Assembly: GCA_028534125.1 (NCBI GenBank)
Contig: CM052816.1
Location: 30,878,001 to 30,942,000, forward strand
Length of the DNA: 64,000 bases
Direction: 5' to 3'
From: Lama glama
Lineage: Eukaryota
In this document: piece after piece, positions 50,640 to 64,000 of the stretch
How positions within the stretch are numbered: the first letter of the stretch is position 1
Layout: each line of letters begins with the position of its first letter
Program-made: the position numbers and the translations under genes
Notes under the pieces: generated by a model
What the model was told of the DNA's origin: nothing
Databases searched by the model: none
Seen by the model: the letters and a program-made list of their open reading frames with translations, nothing else

Positions 50640-51295
50640 AGTCTTGTGCTCCAGATTCACTTTTGGATTACACCTCTGCTGTCCTGCCCCGGCATGGAAT
50701 GCTGACTCCTGTGGGTTACATTAACAGGAGCCGTTCCAGAGCCTTCAGACTCTGGCTGGGTGGGGAGAAAAGGAAGCTGGGGGAGCAGAGCAGAGGGCAG
50801 CAGGAGAGCACTGTTGGGATCCTGACTTCCCTGTCTGTGTCCACTCATCACGGGTGGCTGCCCTCCCCAAGGCACCACTCTTTTTTCTTTTTTTAAACTG
50901 AAGTTTAGTTGATTTACAATGTTGTATTAGTTTCTGCTGTATAACACAGTGATTCAGTCATATATATATACATATATATATATATGTATTATTGTTCATT
51001 ATATGTTATTGCCAGATATTGAATGTAGTTCCTTGTGCTGTACAGTAGGACCTTGTTGTTTATCTATTTCAAGGTGCCATTCTTGACACACCTCTCTCTA
51101 AGTTCTGGAACCTGCCTGCTCCCCTCATACCCCCTGGACTAGGTAACACTTTCTCTCCTGTCATCAGATCCCAATTCCTACACTAAATGTGGGTCCCCCA
51201 CCTCCACAATTATAAATGGTCCCTTTGTAAATAAACACTTTGAATTATCCCAGTGGGAGAGTGCCACTGTCTCCTGCTGGAATCTCAACTGCTTA
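50640..51295 (+). mobile_element. LTR33-like ERVL solo LTR interrupted by an L1 stub
   Basis: 3' end 'aattatcccagtgggagagtgccactgtctcctgctgg' resembles LTR33. Confidence 0.65.
50881..51069 (-). mobile_element. L1 3' stub inserted in the LTR
   Basis: Poly-T followed by 'tgaagtttagttgatttacaatgttg'; 15-bp degenerate TSD at 50868-50882 and 51070-51084. Confidence 0.88.
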
Positions 51296-51379
51296 ACCTC
51301 ATTGGAAATGTGTATTAACACATATCTCATGATGTTACGAGAATTACATAGACAAGTGCTGATGATACAAGGTCATCAA

Positions 51380-53060
51380 TTAAAGTCCTATGTTCTCTGG
51401 AGAACAGAGTCTGGGATAAGACTTAAGTGCTAATGCTTTATTTAGGGAGGAGCCATTCCTTTTGGCACAAGGAAGGAAAGAAAACTCAGTCCAGAAAGGA
51501 TGGGGAGTGATTGAGAGATGATATATTACCTCACTGGCTGCTGTGTCATAATAAACTGCAAAGAGACACAGCCGATTTTTGGCAGGTAACCCCAGGCACC
51601 AAAAATCTCCTGATGGGCTATATGGAAAAGCTATACCTTGAACAGAGAGAAGATGGAAAGCATGCCTTTTCTGGATGTTCCTCTCTTATCTTCCATTGGT
51701 CAAATGTGGTCCCTAAAATCATTACCTCCCCCAGCTTTAGTTCACATCATCGACCACACTTGTGGCCACTTGAGAAATCATATCTCAGGCCCTGCAGCGT
51801 GGGTTTCATCCACATTTGGAAAGAGCAAGTAAGGAGTGATCAGGTAATTTGAGGCAACAGTTGAGGCAGAAACATTTTTTGTGGGAGAGGAAGAAAGATG
51901 ACGCATTGAGAATCTGAGAAAGAGCCTAGGATCTGTCTGGTTGTTGGAGAAGGCCATCATTACCATCATACCTGAGATGCTCATCAGTGCTTTCTCATCA
52001 TGCTCCATCCCACAGGTATCACACTCCCAACTCTAGGAGTGAGCCCAGAAAAGACAGCATGCTGTATGATCCCACACAATTAACGGCTAATAAAGGAACG
52101 AGGTGGGAGAGGGCATCACCCGGGGGAGCCAACCACATTCTCTTTTCTGGGAATTTTAAACTAGAACAGTGATTTTAAAAGATGATGGTGTATATCTAGA
52201 CCATTACGGGAGAAAACAGCAGGAATTCAGACTGACAGTCAGAGAGAAATCTAAGACAATAAGCTACACAGCCCTCTGAGCAATGGAAACAACCCTGGTC
52301 CTCACTCTAGGTTACAGGGAGGTTTAAGCCACAGAAACAGAGAGAGTCCTGTGTACGTATCCAGAGCAGGTCCAGAGAGAAGAAGAAAACTGAAGCAAAT
52401 TATCAGTAAGAAGCAGAAGCAAGAGGCCACCAAGTCCACCAGGGATGAAGAAGTAAACATGGCTTCTATTCTTTATCACCCAACGCTATCTTGCTTCCTA
52501 TGCTTGGATTTTGGGGAAACTTCATGGGCCCTCATGTAATAGTCAAGATTTTTAAGGTTATAAGTAACAGACTCTACTGAAACAAGTAAACAAAAAGAAA
52601 CAAAAATAACATCCTGAAACATAAGTCTAGAATAGCTGCTATGAATGTATATCTTCAGGTATGGCTTGATTCAGAAATTTAATGATGTCCTTAGGAAATC
52701 TAACTAGTTTATCTTACCACTTGCTCTCTTTACCTCTCAGAGACCTCACTCCCTCCACTGCATTCTCTGCAAAGTGGCAACAATGACAATCCTTAACAAT
52801 CTTCAAGTTTCTTGATCTCTAGAGAAAGAACTTTAAATTCCAATATCCATGTCAATTCCTCAAAAAGAATTCTGACTGGCTTTTCTTGAATCCTTTTGCC
52901 ACTCTTGACTCAATCAATGATTCCAGAAGGATAGGGTTCTCTGGACAGCCTAGCAGAATTGCCAAGCATTTCAGTGGAGCTATGCGATTGGCAGCCTCAT
53001 CATGCAGGGAAAGGAAAATCTCTAAATGGAAAAGATACTGAAGAAGCCAAGAAAGTAAGA
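51380..53060. mobile_element. Cluster of old ERVL/MaLR LTR fragments
   Basis: LTR-terminus-like 'ttctctggagaacagagtctgggataagac'; MLT1-like 'ggttataagtaacaga' and 'ctgactggct..gactcaatcaatg'. Confidence 0.5.
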
Positions 53061-54095
53061 GATATCTATTACATTCCTCTATTTTGTGTTTGGGAAATCA
53101 AGCATTCCCTGACTGAGAGATTGACCCTTTTGGTATCCCCTGACATGCTTAATCCTTAAAAATAAATAAACACACAAAAAGTAAAACACAAAATGTTTCT
53201 GAGCACTGAGTAATTTCTGAGTCCAAGTCCACTGATGGACTGATAAACAGGTAGAAAACCAAAATACAATGTGCCAAGTCTGAGAGTAATGTGTGTGGAA
53301 GTTACACAAGGGTGAGCCAGGACATCTAGATTTCATCTAATTCCTTCAGTTAAGCTTGCTTTCAGATATGTGCCATGCATGCCAACTTAAATTACAAAGT
53401 TTTCTGGATTAATTACATTTTGAGAAGAATTAAAGCTAAAATGGCTGATCCTGTGATCAGATACGTGAAGAGTATTAATTACTTGGTAAGACTGTGAATG
53501 TTGACAAGAGAGAGGTGTTTGGAAGAAAGGGAAAGGAACTGTTAGTGGGGACCCCATTGGCTCTTGCTGGCAGCCAGCTACTCCTAAGGCTGGTCCTGAT
53601 TTCTGCTACAAGGATTGTCTTAACAACACCAAACAGGGATTGAGTAAATGTGAGAGTTCAGGCATAAGGTCTCCATTAACGTAACTATAGTCTCTTAGGG
53701 CACAGCAAGTGTTTTTATTGGCTTTGCTCTCCCTGGCCCTCTGGATGTTTCTGGAAAAGAGAGAGGAATACATTCTCTTCTCTGTCTCCTCAAAGCCTCT
53801 TTCTTTGCCACTTTTGGCTCTTTGGGGCTTCAGCTGCTAAATTTTCCAAGTGATATTTAAATTCATTTAAAAACTGTGTGACACGTTTTAGGATTTGAAC
53901 TATCCTGTCTATTGTAAATGTGTACTGAAATTGCTTAATAAGCTTGGTGTTGGGAGGCAATAACAAATCTTGTTTAAAAAGGCTAAACGTAGTACGCCTA
54001 AAGTTATATGCTTTTATTGGCATTTAGCAGGCACGTGACAGACCTCAATAAAATATCCTTTCCTCCTGTTCTTGAGAATTATTTAATTTGGAATA

Positions 54096-54122
<27 letters not shown>
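54096..54122. repeat. (TG)n microsatellite
   Basis: Direct reading. Confidence 0.95.
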
Positions 54123-54134
<12 letters not shown>

Positions 54135-55098
54135 TTGAGTATGCATATATTATGCAAGTTTTATGCTTCTAAAATAGGTGTGGGCTTTTTTTGGAAAACA
54201 AAGTATTTCTGATATGTTTATATGTATGTTTTTTTTTGAGGGGGGAAAAGGCACAGAGAAGTAGCAATCCTATCACGCATTAATATAACACGTCTATTCA
54301 TGCATCTATATCATGTTGTATCACAATTAACTTAATAATGAGCCCTTTTATAATAGGATTGTTTTAGATCTCCACAGACGAGGGTGAAACTCCATGCCAG
54401 GCTTTAATTTAAGCCAGGGTTTACATTTCACATCCAAATAACCCTTGAAAGGACCAGCAGCTATATATCCCACTTCATCCTTATCTTTATTTGAAAAACG
54501 ATGTTTAATTTCACCTTAGCCTCACCAATGCTATACTGAAATGCCTAGGCATAATAAAGAAAGCCATTTGGTAGGCATACAAAAATTGTCAGATAAATGT
54601 CAATTTATAACTCTATAAACATTCACTCTGTCCAGAAAGTGTGTACTGATGGAGTCAGTTTTGACAGATAAAGAGAACTCACTGAACATCCTTTCCTGAG
54701 AACCATCCTTCATTAATATTTACATTTCTCTTGACAGACAGTTGCTGCAAGCAGAGGTTGGGTAAATATAGCCTGCATTTGACAAACACACATGGGTGTA
54801 GGCCTGCATTTGTCTTAAGAATTCAAATACTTTGGGTAAGAATATGGCCTGATCGCTTCAGTTGACTTCCTGGACCTAGAACCTTAGCGGGGTATTAATG
54901 CAAGAAAAGAAAAAATCCACGACACTTATTTTGAGGCATGAAGGCATTTATCGCCAGTTAACTTGTGATAGAAAAAGAACAAAGGGTGGCTGTAATTCTC
55001 ATAGCCTGCCTCGATTTTTTCTCTTCTTCATCTTTTCTTTCACTGTAAGCAGTCACTAAAAATATATCTGGTCAATAAGGGCAGGAAAAATTGGAAGG

Positions 55099-55112
55099 GT
55101 TGCTATAGAAAC
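55099..55112. promoter_or_regulatory. RFX X-box motif
   Basis: GTTGCTATAGAAAC, a near-palindromic match to GTTNCCATGGNAAC in unique sequence; function untested. Confidence 0.4.
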
Positions 55113-58071
55113 ACACAAAGTGATACAGAAAAATAACCACTCTAATTTATACTGTGTTTTCATGCTGTATCTTCATCGCAGTTACACTGAACTTCAGGCA
55201 ACATTCCTTAAGAAAGAGGTTACGCCAAAAGCAGGAGGCTCCTTTGAAGAGAATTTTATATACGAACGTTAAAAATAATAAATTCTAAATCCAAGTAAAG
55301 CTACAAGAAGACAACTGGTATTTCTTCTATTGATTCCATTATATTTTCAATGCATGGGACTAAAATCACCTTTGCACAGAGAAATGCCTGGGAATGCATT
55401 TCAATAGTGATGAGAGCTGAGTAAACAGCACTGCCTGGAGCAGCCCGCGCTCCCTTCTCTCAACTGTTTTCTCCCACTTTGATTGGCAGCATCTATATTC
55501 CAACCCAGAGACCCTCCTTGTTTCCCGTTCTGTTGAATTATCCTGCTCAGAAACTTTGCTCTCCTCCCATCTCGTTTTTTCGAAAGGTGAGAGACACAAC
55601 TGCCCTGCCTCTGACCTCCATTCAATAACTCCAACGTAATCACTGGAGGCACTTCAGATTGACCTACCAAAAGAATTTCACATCTGCCAGATCCCAGACT
55701 GAACGTACAGGGTCACAGCCATCACAACCACATGAAAATCTTCTAGAGAGAAGTGGGGCTTTCTTCGTGTCTCAAAGCCTTATATCTGAAAGCGATTAGT
55801 TCAACCAAAGCTTACTCATGCCTGACCATTTTCATGTGTCCAACTCGTAAGCTCAGTGAATTTTCCTTTTGTCCCCACCTGAAAGTTGTAGATGTAGTCC
55901 ATGAACAATGTATTCTCAAAATGAGAACACAGAACCTGTTTCTAGCCCCATGATCTAAAAGTCCCACAGATCAAGATAGCTTAGGAAACAAGATCTTTGA
56001 CGACATCTCATAAACATGGCTAGACGCTAGGGCATCTTCCTTCCTACTCTGGGAAGTCTGAGACAAAGGTCAAAGAGTTGAACCCTGTGGTTTGAGGAAA
56101 GGGATGAGACGAAAACTGCCAAGAGATACAAATCAACAATTTTTTTTAATGTAAAATGATTAAGGTGAGAGGCGTCAGTAATTAACACATTTGCAAATTA
56201 CGCTTTTTGTTATGGAAAAAACAAGCACATAGTATTCACTTGGGGTAAAAACACTCAAAAGTTCAGTGCTAGTTTATCCTACCTATTTAATGGCTATTTA
56301 AATGATGTCTTTTCAAGAGCTTTTAGTCCTGAGTGTGTAAGTATGTTTTGGGAAGTGGGCAGAAAAGGGGTATTAAAAACAATTTCTGTGTCACATGTTC
56401 ATGATTAAATAGCAAAACTCTAAGACTCAAGGTCGTTTTGGCAAATACCCAGTGTTTGCTCAGTTGAAGCACCTAGTATATAACATTGCCTTTTTTTGAT
56501 AAAACTGTACATACAGTTCTGGTACACATCTTAAAGACTTTTCCAAGAACTGCAGCAAAGAGTTTACCAAAAACCTTGGCCTGATAAATAATGCTTTCCA
56601 AAAATACAAATGTCTGGAGTGGAAACACTTCCTAAAACCCCACTGATTAAGAAAACTTGCATGGTATAGGACAAAGTGTATCATTCCAGAAAATATTTCT
56701 AATATTTCTAAGATCCTGTTTTTAAGCCGAACAATCTTTTCATTTCAAGTCAATGTCAAGGAGAGTTGGGGGAATGGATGGATGAGGGAATTTGAGCCTT
56801 CAAAGGCAAGAGGGACCAGTTTATAAATGATATCTTTCATCTTCAGAGTTGCTAGCTGGAGGGCAATGCCGAATGTTTAGTCTGAAAAATGGATTCAAAT
56901 CCCTCAGCAGAATAAAGTTGCAGAATTAACAGCATTAGATACCAGGCTTTCCGGTACAACCCACTTTGTCCTTATAACCGTGCTGAATCCAGTTAGAAAG
57001 GGAACACATTTTTTGTTCTCTTGAGAGAAGCATTCACATTTTTAACACCTATCACTACTGCCCACACAGATAAAGAACTAATTATAGAATTAACGTACTG
57101 GCATATGAACATGTACAATTATTTACTATTTACAGATTCTTGTTGAGAGCCTTCTAGTCCTCCATCATCTGTGGGATGTTCTGTGCAGGTCTCCTCTACC
57201 TCATGAGCATTTCCGGTTTCTTGGGCATTGATGTATGTGTGTATGGCTACCACGGAGGAAGTAGAGACAGCTCTGCTGGGGGCTGATACAGTCTAAATAA
57301 GTACCTATTCTCTTCCCTGCCTGTATTCAGAACCAGTATAGAGAGTCATGAGAGTCACAGAGAGGGGAGTTTGCAAATCACCTTTACTCTTAATTAAACT
57401 GATGTTGGTTCCTACTCTTTAGGTTGACGAGGCAAGTGTGATTCACCTTTGAGTTGCAGAGACTCACCCATCCCAGGCCCTGACTGTTCAGACTGTCCAC
57501 AGGCCCAGTCACAGGAGCAGGGTTTGTCATCAGTCCAAACAGAACCAGTTAGAACCAACAGCTCGGAAGCTCAGAGATAAATGTGTGCATCCTGACACCA
57601 GCTGGCTCCCAAAGAAAGAAGAGGACGAGAGGTTGCACAGAATAGGTTGAAGTTATCCCTGAGTCTCCAATCAGATAAATCATTTCTTATGAGAGTTAAA
57701 TCAGTGGCTCGAAGGCCAGCTATATTACTGCCCTGAGCCCCTTCCAGAGAAGAGCAGGAAGCCAAGGGGAAAAGAGCTCTCTACCCCAATGCAAGCACCT
57801 TTCCCTACCCAATGTGCTACTGAAAAGTGTGCTAAATGGAAACGCAACAGTCTGAAACTATTTGCCTTGGTAAGCTCTTAATTTAATAGTAATAAGTGAC
57901 TTGAATATTGAAAAAACTTAGCTCATTAATTTCTAATATTAAGCCATGTTTCTAGTAGCAGAGATCCTTTGATATCCACCTTATCTATATGGTAATAAAA
58001 AGAACCGGTGTAGGATTTTTAAATGTTCATACTGTTGGTATCATTTTACTCTCAGCTAAAAAACAACAACA

Positions 58072-58095
58072 ACACACACACACACACACACACAC
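58072..58095. repeat. (AC)12 microsatellite
   Basis: Direct reading. Confidence 0.95.
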
Positions 58096-59015
58096 TAGTG
58101 TTAGGCTGCTCAGTCTGTTGTATACGCATTACTGTTTAAATGAACCATCCCAAATATTCCACCCCAATACAATACAGCAAAACTTGCTCTGTTCACACAG
58201 AGCCTTCTCTCCAGAATGCCTGCTGTGCTACCATGCTTTATCTCCTCATGTGCAAAGGCCATGGGGTCTCTTTAAGACTGTGCCAATAATTTTGTGTCTA
58301 ATTTTTCATTGATAAAATGAAAGTGTAGGTGAATTATATTTAAAGTGGGTTGCAGAATAAACATTATTAGCACCTTTAAATTTTCTCCTTGTCTTTGATT
58401 TCTCAAGTCTTTGCTTTAGGCAAAAACTGTGCATATAAAGCCACTATGTCAAAAAGAAGGAAGTAGTTTATGAGTTTCCATTATTCTCACATCAACACAG
58501 AACAAGTAACCCAACTATGCAGAACGGCACTGCCACACCCCTTCAGACATGTTACATCCAAGGCGACCTTGTGTCAGTTAGATTGGTGATGAAGTTGACC
58601 AGAATAAGAAATTCACTCTTCCCTTGTATTCCGTGCAGTTGGAAAATGATCATTTTTTGTGCAGTTGGACAGTAATCAAAGAGATCATTCCAGGTGCTGC
58701 AGATACAAGATAAATAAACCAATGACTTAAAGGTGTTTATGAATTACCAAGAAGGCCAGCTTATACGAAGTTATCTACAAACATTTGTCATGGGAGACAC
58801 AGGCATATTGTAGGTTTTCGTTGTTAAATGCAAATATGGAGGTTTCTGAAAAGAAAAAAAAAATTATGTGAGGCCAAGGACACCATGGAAAACAATTCTG
58901 AAAGAGCAGCAACAAAGAGTAGGATCTGGATTAACAGACAGGAGCAGTGCAGTGATCCAGGACGGAGTGGAGAGGAGAGCTCTGTAAACCAGAGGATAAG
59001 ACAAAGATGGACCTG

Positions 59016-59300
59016 GTGTCTCAGCCTGGCTTCCCTAGAAATCGGAGACTGAGACTGAGAGCTCACAGGATGTTATTTTATTCCAGCACACTGCTCTAGA
59101 GAACAGGAGTGAGGGATTAAGAGGAGAGAAGCAGGGAAAGGAAAAGAGCCTATATGAGACTGTATTTTGTAACTGGTGTTGCTAAATACAACTAGTTGTT
59201 CCATCACTGGGGTTATTTCCTCATAGGCCCAACTTCCTTTCAGGAACAGCTAACAGTGGGTACAGAAAGGGGGTTGGGGAGGAAGTGGGAACATTTTCAT
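59016..59300 (-). mobile_element. ERVL-type LTR fragment
   Basis: 'tgtctcagcctggcttccctagaaatcggagactgagac' resembles an antisense ERVL LTR terminus. Confidence 0.55.
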
Positions 59301-59579
59301 AATGCTTCCAATTCCCACCAGTCAAAAGCCCCCCCGTGTGAAATTAACTTTTTCGTACACTCAGGTTGGCCATACCCAAAAGGTTCCCGCTGTAGTATCA
59401 ACAACAAAGCCCCAAGGTGATTATCTTCACCATTAAATTCAATTTTAGTAAGCTTACTCTACTGAAATGTGAGAATGAGTTAGAGATGGAGCTGGGAGGA
59501 AGGGACCAGAAAAAGCGATGTATGTGGTCACGTCTTTGTAACTGATTCACGTGAGAGGCCACATGATCCAGGACCATGG

Positions 59580-59790
59580 CCGTGACAATGGGATTGATAA
59601 AGGTGCTGGGACCTGGGTTCTTGCCCATATTCTGCTGCTGACTCACTTTCTGACCTCAGACACGTGAAATCACTTCTCAGGGTCTCAGATTTCCTGCCTG
59701 TAAAATGAGATGAATGAACCTGCCTCGCTTACCTCATCTAGTCGTAAGACTCAAAAGACATGTTAGTAGAAAATGAAAGCTCATTATTAT
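59580..59790 (+). mobile_element. MIR SINE
   Basis: 'gacctgggttcttgccc..tgacctcagac..tctcagatttcctgcctgtaaaatgag'. Further MIRs lie at approximately 1945-2160, 9960-10080, 10300-10480, 20850-21030, 21480-21700, 24255-24440, 31515-31640, 47500-47720 and 60880-60950. Confidence 0.8.
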
Positions 59791-62700
59791 TATCCGAGGT
59801 TGTGAACAAGGGGAGTAGTACTGTTTTTTCACTGCATGTTACCTCATCTAGACCTACAGAGACTGAAAGTCAAGCGCCGGGAAGAATCCTTTGGTTCCTA
59901 TGCTCGGCTTCAAGTCAATACAGTCTGCTTAGTGAAATAAAATAAGTACAATTGAGACAATTATCTAATGATTAAAACTCCATTAGTTAAAACAAAACAA
60001 TGTGTGTGTTGAAGGCACAAAATTGTTCTCAAATGAGCTCTCTAGATTGCTCACAACAAACACATTCCTAACTTCTAAGCTCTCAATCACAATTTGCTTC
60101 GTAAGCACAAAACATTGTAGTGATAACTTACAGAAATGTAATAACCTTTGCTTGTCTACACTAGCAAAACTAAAATTGTTTAAATGAGATAATTACTTAG
60201 GTAATAAAATCCTAAAATCCCATTTATCTTAATTTTAGGAAAAATATGGCCCTTTACCTTGATAACTGAGATAATTACTTCAACGTGCACTTCACAAGCA
60301 AGCATAGATCTTCCTGTATTTATCTCTATTATCTACCTCACGTCACTAGGCCATTCTGGTACAGCTCCATCATTAAACTGTCCCTAATGCCCTCTTTTCA
60401 AATCTCACTTTTATCCCACCTCACTTCCAGGTACTGGAAACAGCATACATTGTAAACAGCATTTCCAAGCAACCAGTAATACCAGCAGCTTCTCTTTGGT
60501 TTTAGCATCTAATAAATACAGGACTTGGTCTCTGTAAAGAATAGGGTAAAAGCCCTTTTTAAAAGGCTTTTTTCAAAAAAGGGTTTAATTAGAAACCTCC
60601 ATCAAAAACTGTCTGAAATATGTTTTGTGTTATAAAGTTTCAGGCACTCTGCTCAAACTAACTTTAAGTAAAAACTTGGTGGTGTCATCAAAGCCACATT
60701 GATACAGTGGTTATATCATCCTCTTGTTTGGTGGGGAAAGGGCTTGGTTAACCCTCATCAAGTTGGCCATGGACAAGAGCATGTCCTGGTGGGACACATT
60801 AAGGCAGGGGGAGGGATTTATAATAACAGACATTCCGAGTTACTGATGGTCCATGAATCAAGTGATTTTGATTCTACTTCTGGTTCTTCTGCTAATTGGT
60901 CGTGACCTTGGGCAAATAACGTAACTTGTCTGCGCCCCGGTTTCAGCAATTTTTACTAAACAGATTACACTGGATGTTCCCTGAGATATTTTCCAGCTGT
61001 AATATCCAACAGTGATTCAAACAGCAGTATGAAATGACCTCCCCGTGAATATGACCTGTTAAAATTAAGGTGTAAGTAGTCAAACATAACATTATGACAT
61101 ATTCTAGGTACAGCAGCCACCACAACTAAAGCAGTCCATGCTGAAGTTAAACACGCTGGAGTTGATTGCTAAATTCCCATATGCCTGAGCCTCATACTTG
61201 CAATTGTAGGGACAACATTTGGGATGAAACCAGAACAGCTAACACTGCAAAAGTAAATGTGGTAAGTATATCCCTTGTCCCCACTTCTCAGGGCAAAAGA
61301 ATCTCGGATGCCTGCAGTAATACCCAGCCGTGGCCTGTTTCCTGCAACTACTTCCATTTACTACAAGTCTTCTTTCCTTCTGGTATTGGTGGGTCAAAGC
61401 CAACTGTATGACTCTCTTATTGAACTGGGCCTCTGATTTAAGTGCTTCCCCAAGTCCATGCTTTTATCAAAGTTTCCCCAGTTCTCTTTATTTTCTATTC
61501 CTCCCATCTTCTTATCTTACTAAACTTCTCTGGATTCTTTGCTGTTATAGTTTGAAGTCTTTTAATTTCATCTTTACTGATCACTCTTTAAACAAACACA
61601 CAAAACCCTACTGTATATTTTGTGTTTTTCCAGAAATAATTTTGGGCATCTCATGAAGAATCACATAGAGTACAAAAATAAAATATGTTTTCAGTTGGGA
61701 AGAAAGTTGAGATAATAAAGAACTAAGGGTAATAAATGTGAAGATGCCAGGAGATAAGTTAATGCTTATGCCCTAAAATTCTATGCACATAGTATAGGGA
61801 GATCTCAAACGTGTCACTTTCTCTCAGTCAGGAGGAAAAGGAAAATGTGACTTGTTGTGTAGTTTGCAGTGTTCATAAGATAAAGATGTATCAATTGCTC
61901 TGGAGAAGTACAGAGCAATTTCTCTCCCAAACCCCTATGGAAAGGCTATTCTGTCATGGAGTGAACCAGCAACTTAATTCTTACAGTAAATACATATGTC
62001 ACAGAGCCCCTGGTGGTATTTCTGATGACATTCTTCAACTGAAGCTAATGACAAGCTAAAGGGACAATATAATAAAATCAATAATACAGGGATGTTGATA
62101 AAATGTGGTAGGCTTGGTTTAATGCAAAAGTTGATTGTACATTATTGTGAATATGTTGTCTTTCAACCAGGTTTTCAATAGCTGTGATGTGGCAGTGCAC
62201 TTAAGATGATGTGCTCAAGTGGGAACCCAGATTGCAGGCTGCCAGTTAAGTGATCAGCCAAGTTTAATCAACTTGCCAAGCCAGGAGCAGAATTGCCGTT
62301 CTTTTACCAAAGCTGAGGTGCTTAACAGGAGAAATTGCCTGCAGGGAAAGCCGACCCATACATGCTTTAAGGGTACTTACAGGAGACCCCATGGGCAGGG
62401 CAAAAGGTCCCCTTGGGAAAGCACTTATCACAGCAAACAACAGGGCAGGTAAGAGTCCCAAATTCAACACCAGAAGACAGAACCTCGATTTAAGTCCGTG
62501 AACATTTTAAAGCAACAAAACCCAAACATTCTGCCTTGCCCAATAATTATAAATCTCCAGAAAGCATCCACATTAAGCCTAGAGCTTCACGCAATATATC
62601 TTCCAATACGCCCTAGAAAGATGAGATTGTTGCAAGCTGTATTCCTAGGCATCAGCTAGACGAGACGGCCTGTCATGGACCAGTATTATTATTTATACAC

Positions 62701-64000
62701 CAGTTTGAAAGTGGAACTGGAGTTCTGCTGAAACAGACATGACATCTTAGTTGTAGAAGAGCTGTTATGCGATCCCGCCCACTGTGAAGACTGTTTCTAG
62801 TCTGGTATTAAAACCTTGCCATCTGCACGTAAGAAAATGCTTAGCTTCCATTCTTTTAGGGAAAGTGTATGGGATGGGTGGGGGTGTGGGTGGCAGAATA
62901 TTTTTAATATAAGTATTCAGTTGTTTATTTGTATGTTGTCTGGCAATTCCCCAAACCCTAAGGTTCTTAATTCCCTCTTTCACCTTCATATTCCCTACTA
63001 CTAAAACAGGTGGGTACATAGAAAATTGTCAGAAATACTTACTGAATGATAAATGTATGTCCAAATAAGATAGTCATAATTTACTCCACTGAAAATAATT
63101 ATTATTACATGGCAGATCCTGCCTTTCTAGATTAATGGTACAGGTTAAAAAAATCTGTTGATAAACATGTATATTCCTTGGCTTACATGTAGAAACTGTG
63201 ATTGATTTAGTTTGTAGTGGGGTTCCAATGCCTACCTTTTTACAGTCATCCCAGGTAATATGGATTTAAGAGATCCAGCAATTGTTTCAAAAAACACTGC
63301 AGTAGATGCTAATATGGGTTCTGCAAGAACGTTATCAACCCAAGGTTTCAGCCTATACCCAGTTTCTATTCATGATCAAAGGACTACAGGGGCCAATAAA
63401 GCTTTGAATGATCATGCTAACACTAACAATTACTCCTCAAACAGGCAAAATATAAAACGGAGGTCAATAATGTTATCGCTGTGTCAAAAATCTTTTATAA
63501 AAACTTGCCTGGAAAACTCAGGCTTAAAATTTATCAAACAAAGCATTTTAGAAGGAATAGATGTTAAACTAGGAAGTCTGTAATTTGGGATAAATAAAGG
63601 GCATACCTATCTAAAAAGGAAGCTTAATTACATTCTGGATTTATAAGCAAGTATTGTAACACAGCAAAAAGGCTGCCTGGGATCCACAAATTTCAGATCA
63701 TTATCAGAACTTTCAGGCAAATTCAAATCTTTTGCATAGATTTACTGTTCCCAATATTTTATTTTGTTTTGTTTTGCACTTAATTTAATTCTCAAGTAAC
63801 CTCTGGGGTTATCTCATGGTTCTAATATAAACACTGTCAGGGAAGAAACTGGAACTCCTTTAATTTTAGGGGCCAGATACAAAGATCTGGCAGTGCTATT
63901 AGTTATAGGTGGCTATTTATAAGAAGAATGTGGATGTCTCTGGAAAGGCAACTCTGATGCAATGAGTTTTCCTGTGTAGCAATTATATGAAGTTAAACTC

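Noticed and set aside
60548..60586. Alternative hairpins resembling a terminator
   Set aside because: Built from A/T runs, low complexity, and bacterial-type terminators are not relevant here.
1..64000. The many short ORFs (60-120 aa) in the track as genes
   Set aside because: Lengths are as expected by chance, many use non-ATG starts, and none resembles a host protein; the recognisable ones are TE remnants.

Overview
Mammalian nuclear DNA: AT-rich, CpG-depleted, no CpG island, and apparently intronic or intergenic. It is probably from a camelid, because it carries tRNA-derived SINEs of the Vic-1 type and I saw no Alu, B1/B2, Bov-tA or PRE-1. I recognise no host protein-coding gene; the only recognisable protein sequence comes from dead retroelements (L1 ORF2, ERV-L pol, CR1/L3 RT). 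Roughly half the window is interspersed repeat. It includes two independent 5'-inverted (twin-primed) L1s, two internally deleted older L1s, several L1 3' stubs, and a decayed ~5.3 kb ERV-L provirus whose LTR is split by a MER45B DNA transposon. Solo LTRs, MIR/L2/L3 relics and hAT MITEs make up the rest. Repeat-poor stretches (~12.8-16.1, 34.7-39.5 and 53.1-58.9 kb) hold candidate regulatory motifs, and a few exon-like segments are scattered through the window; none is verified. I found no convincing evidence of a new biological system. Family names are from recall of consensus sequences, and boundaries of old repeats are approximate.
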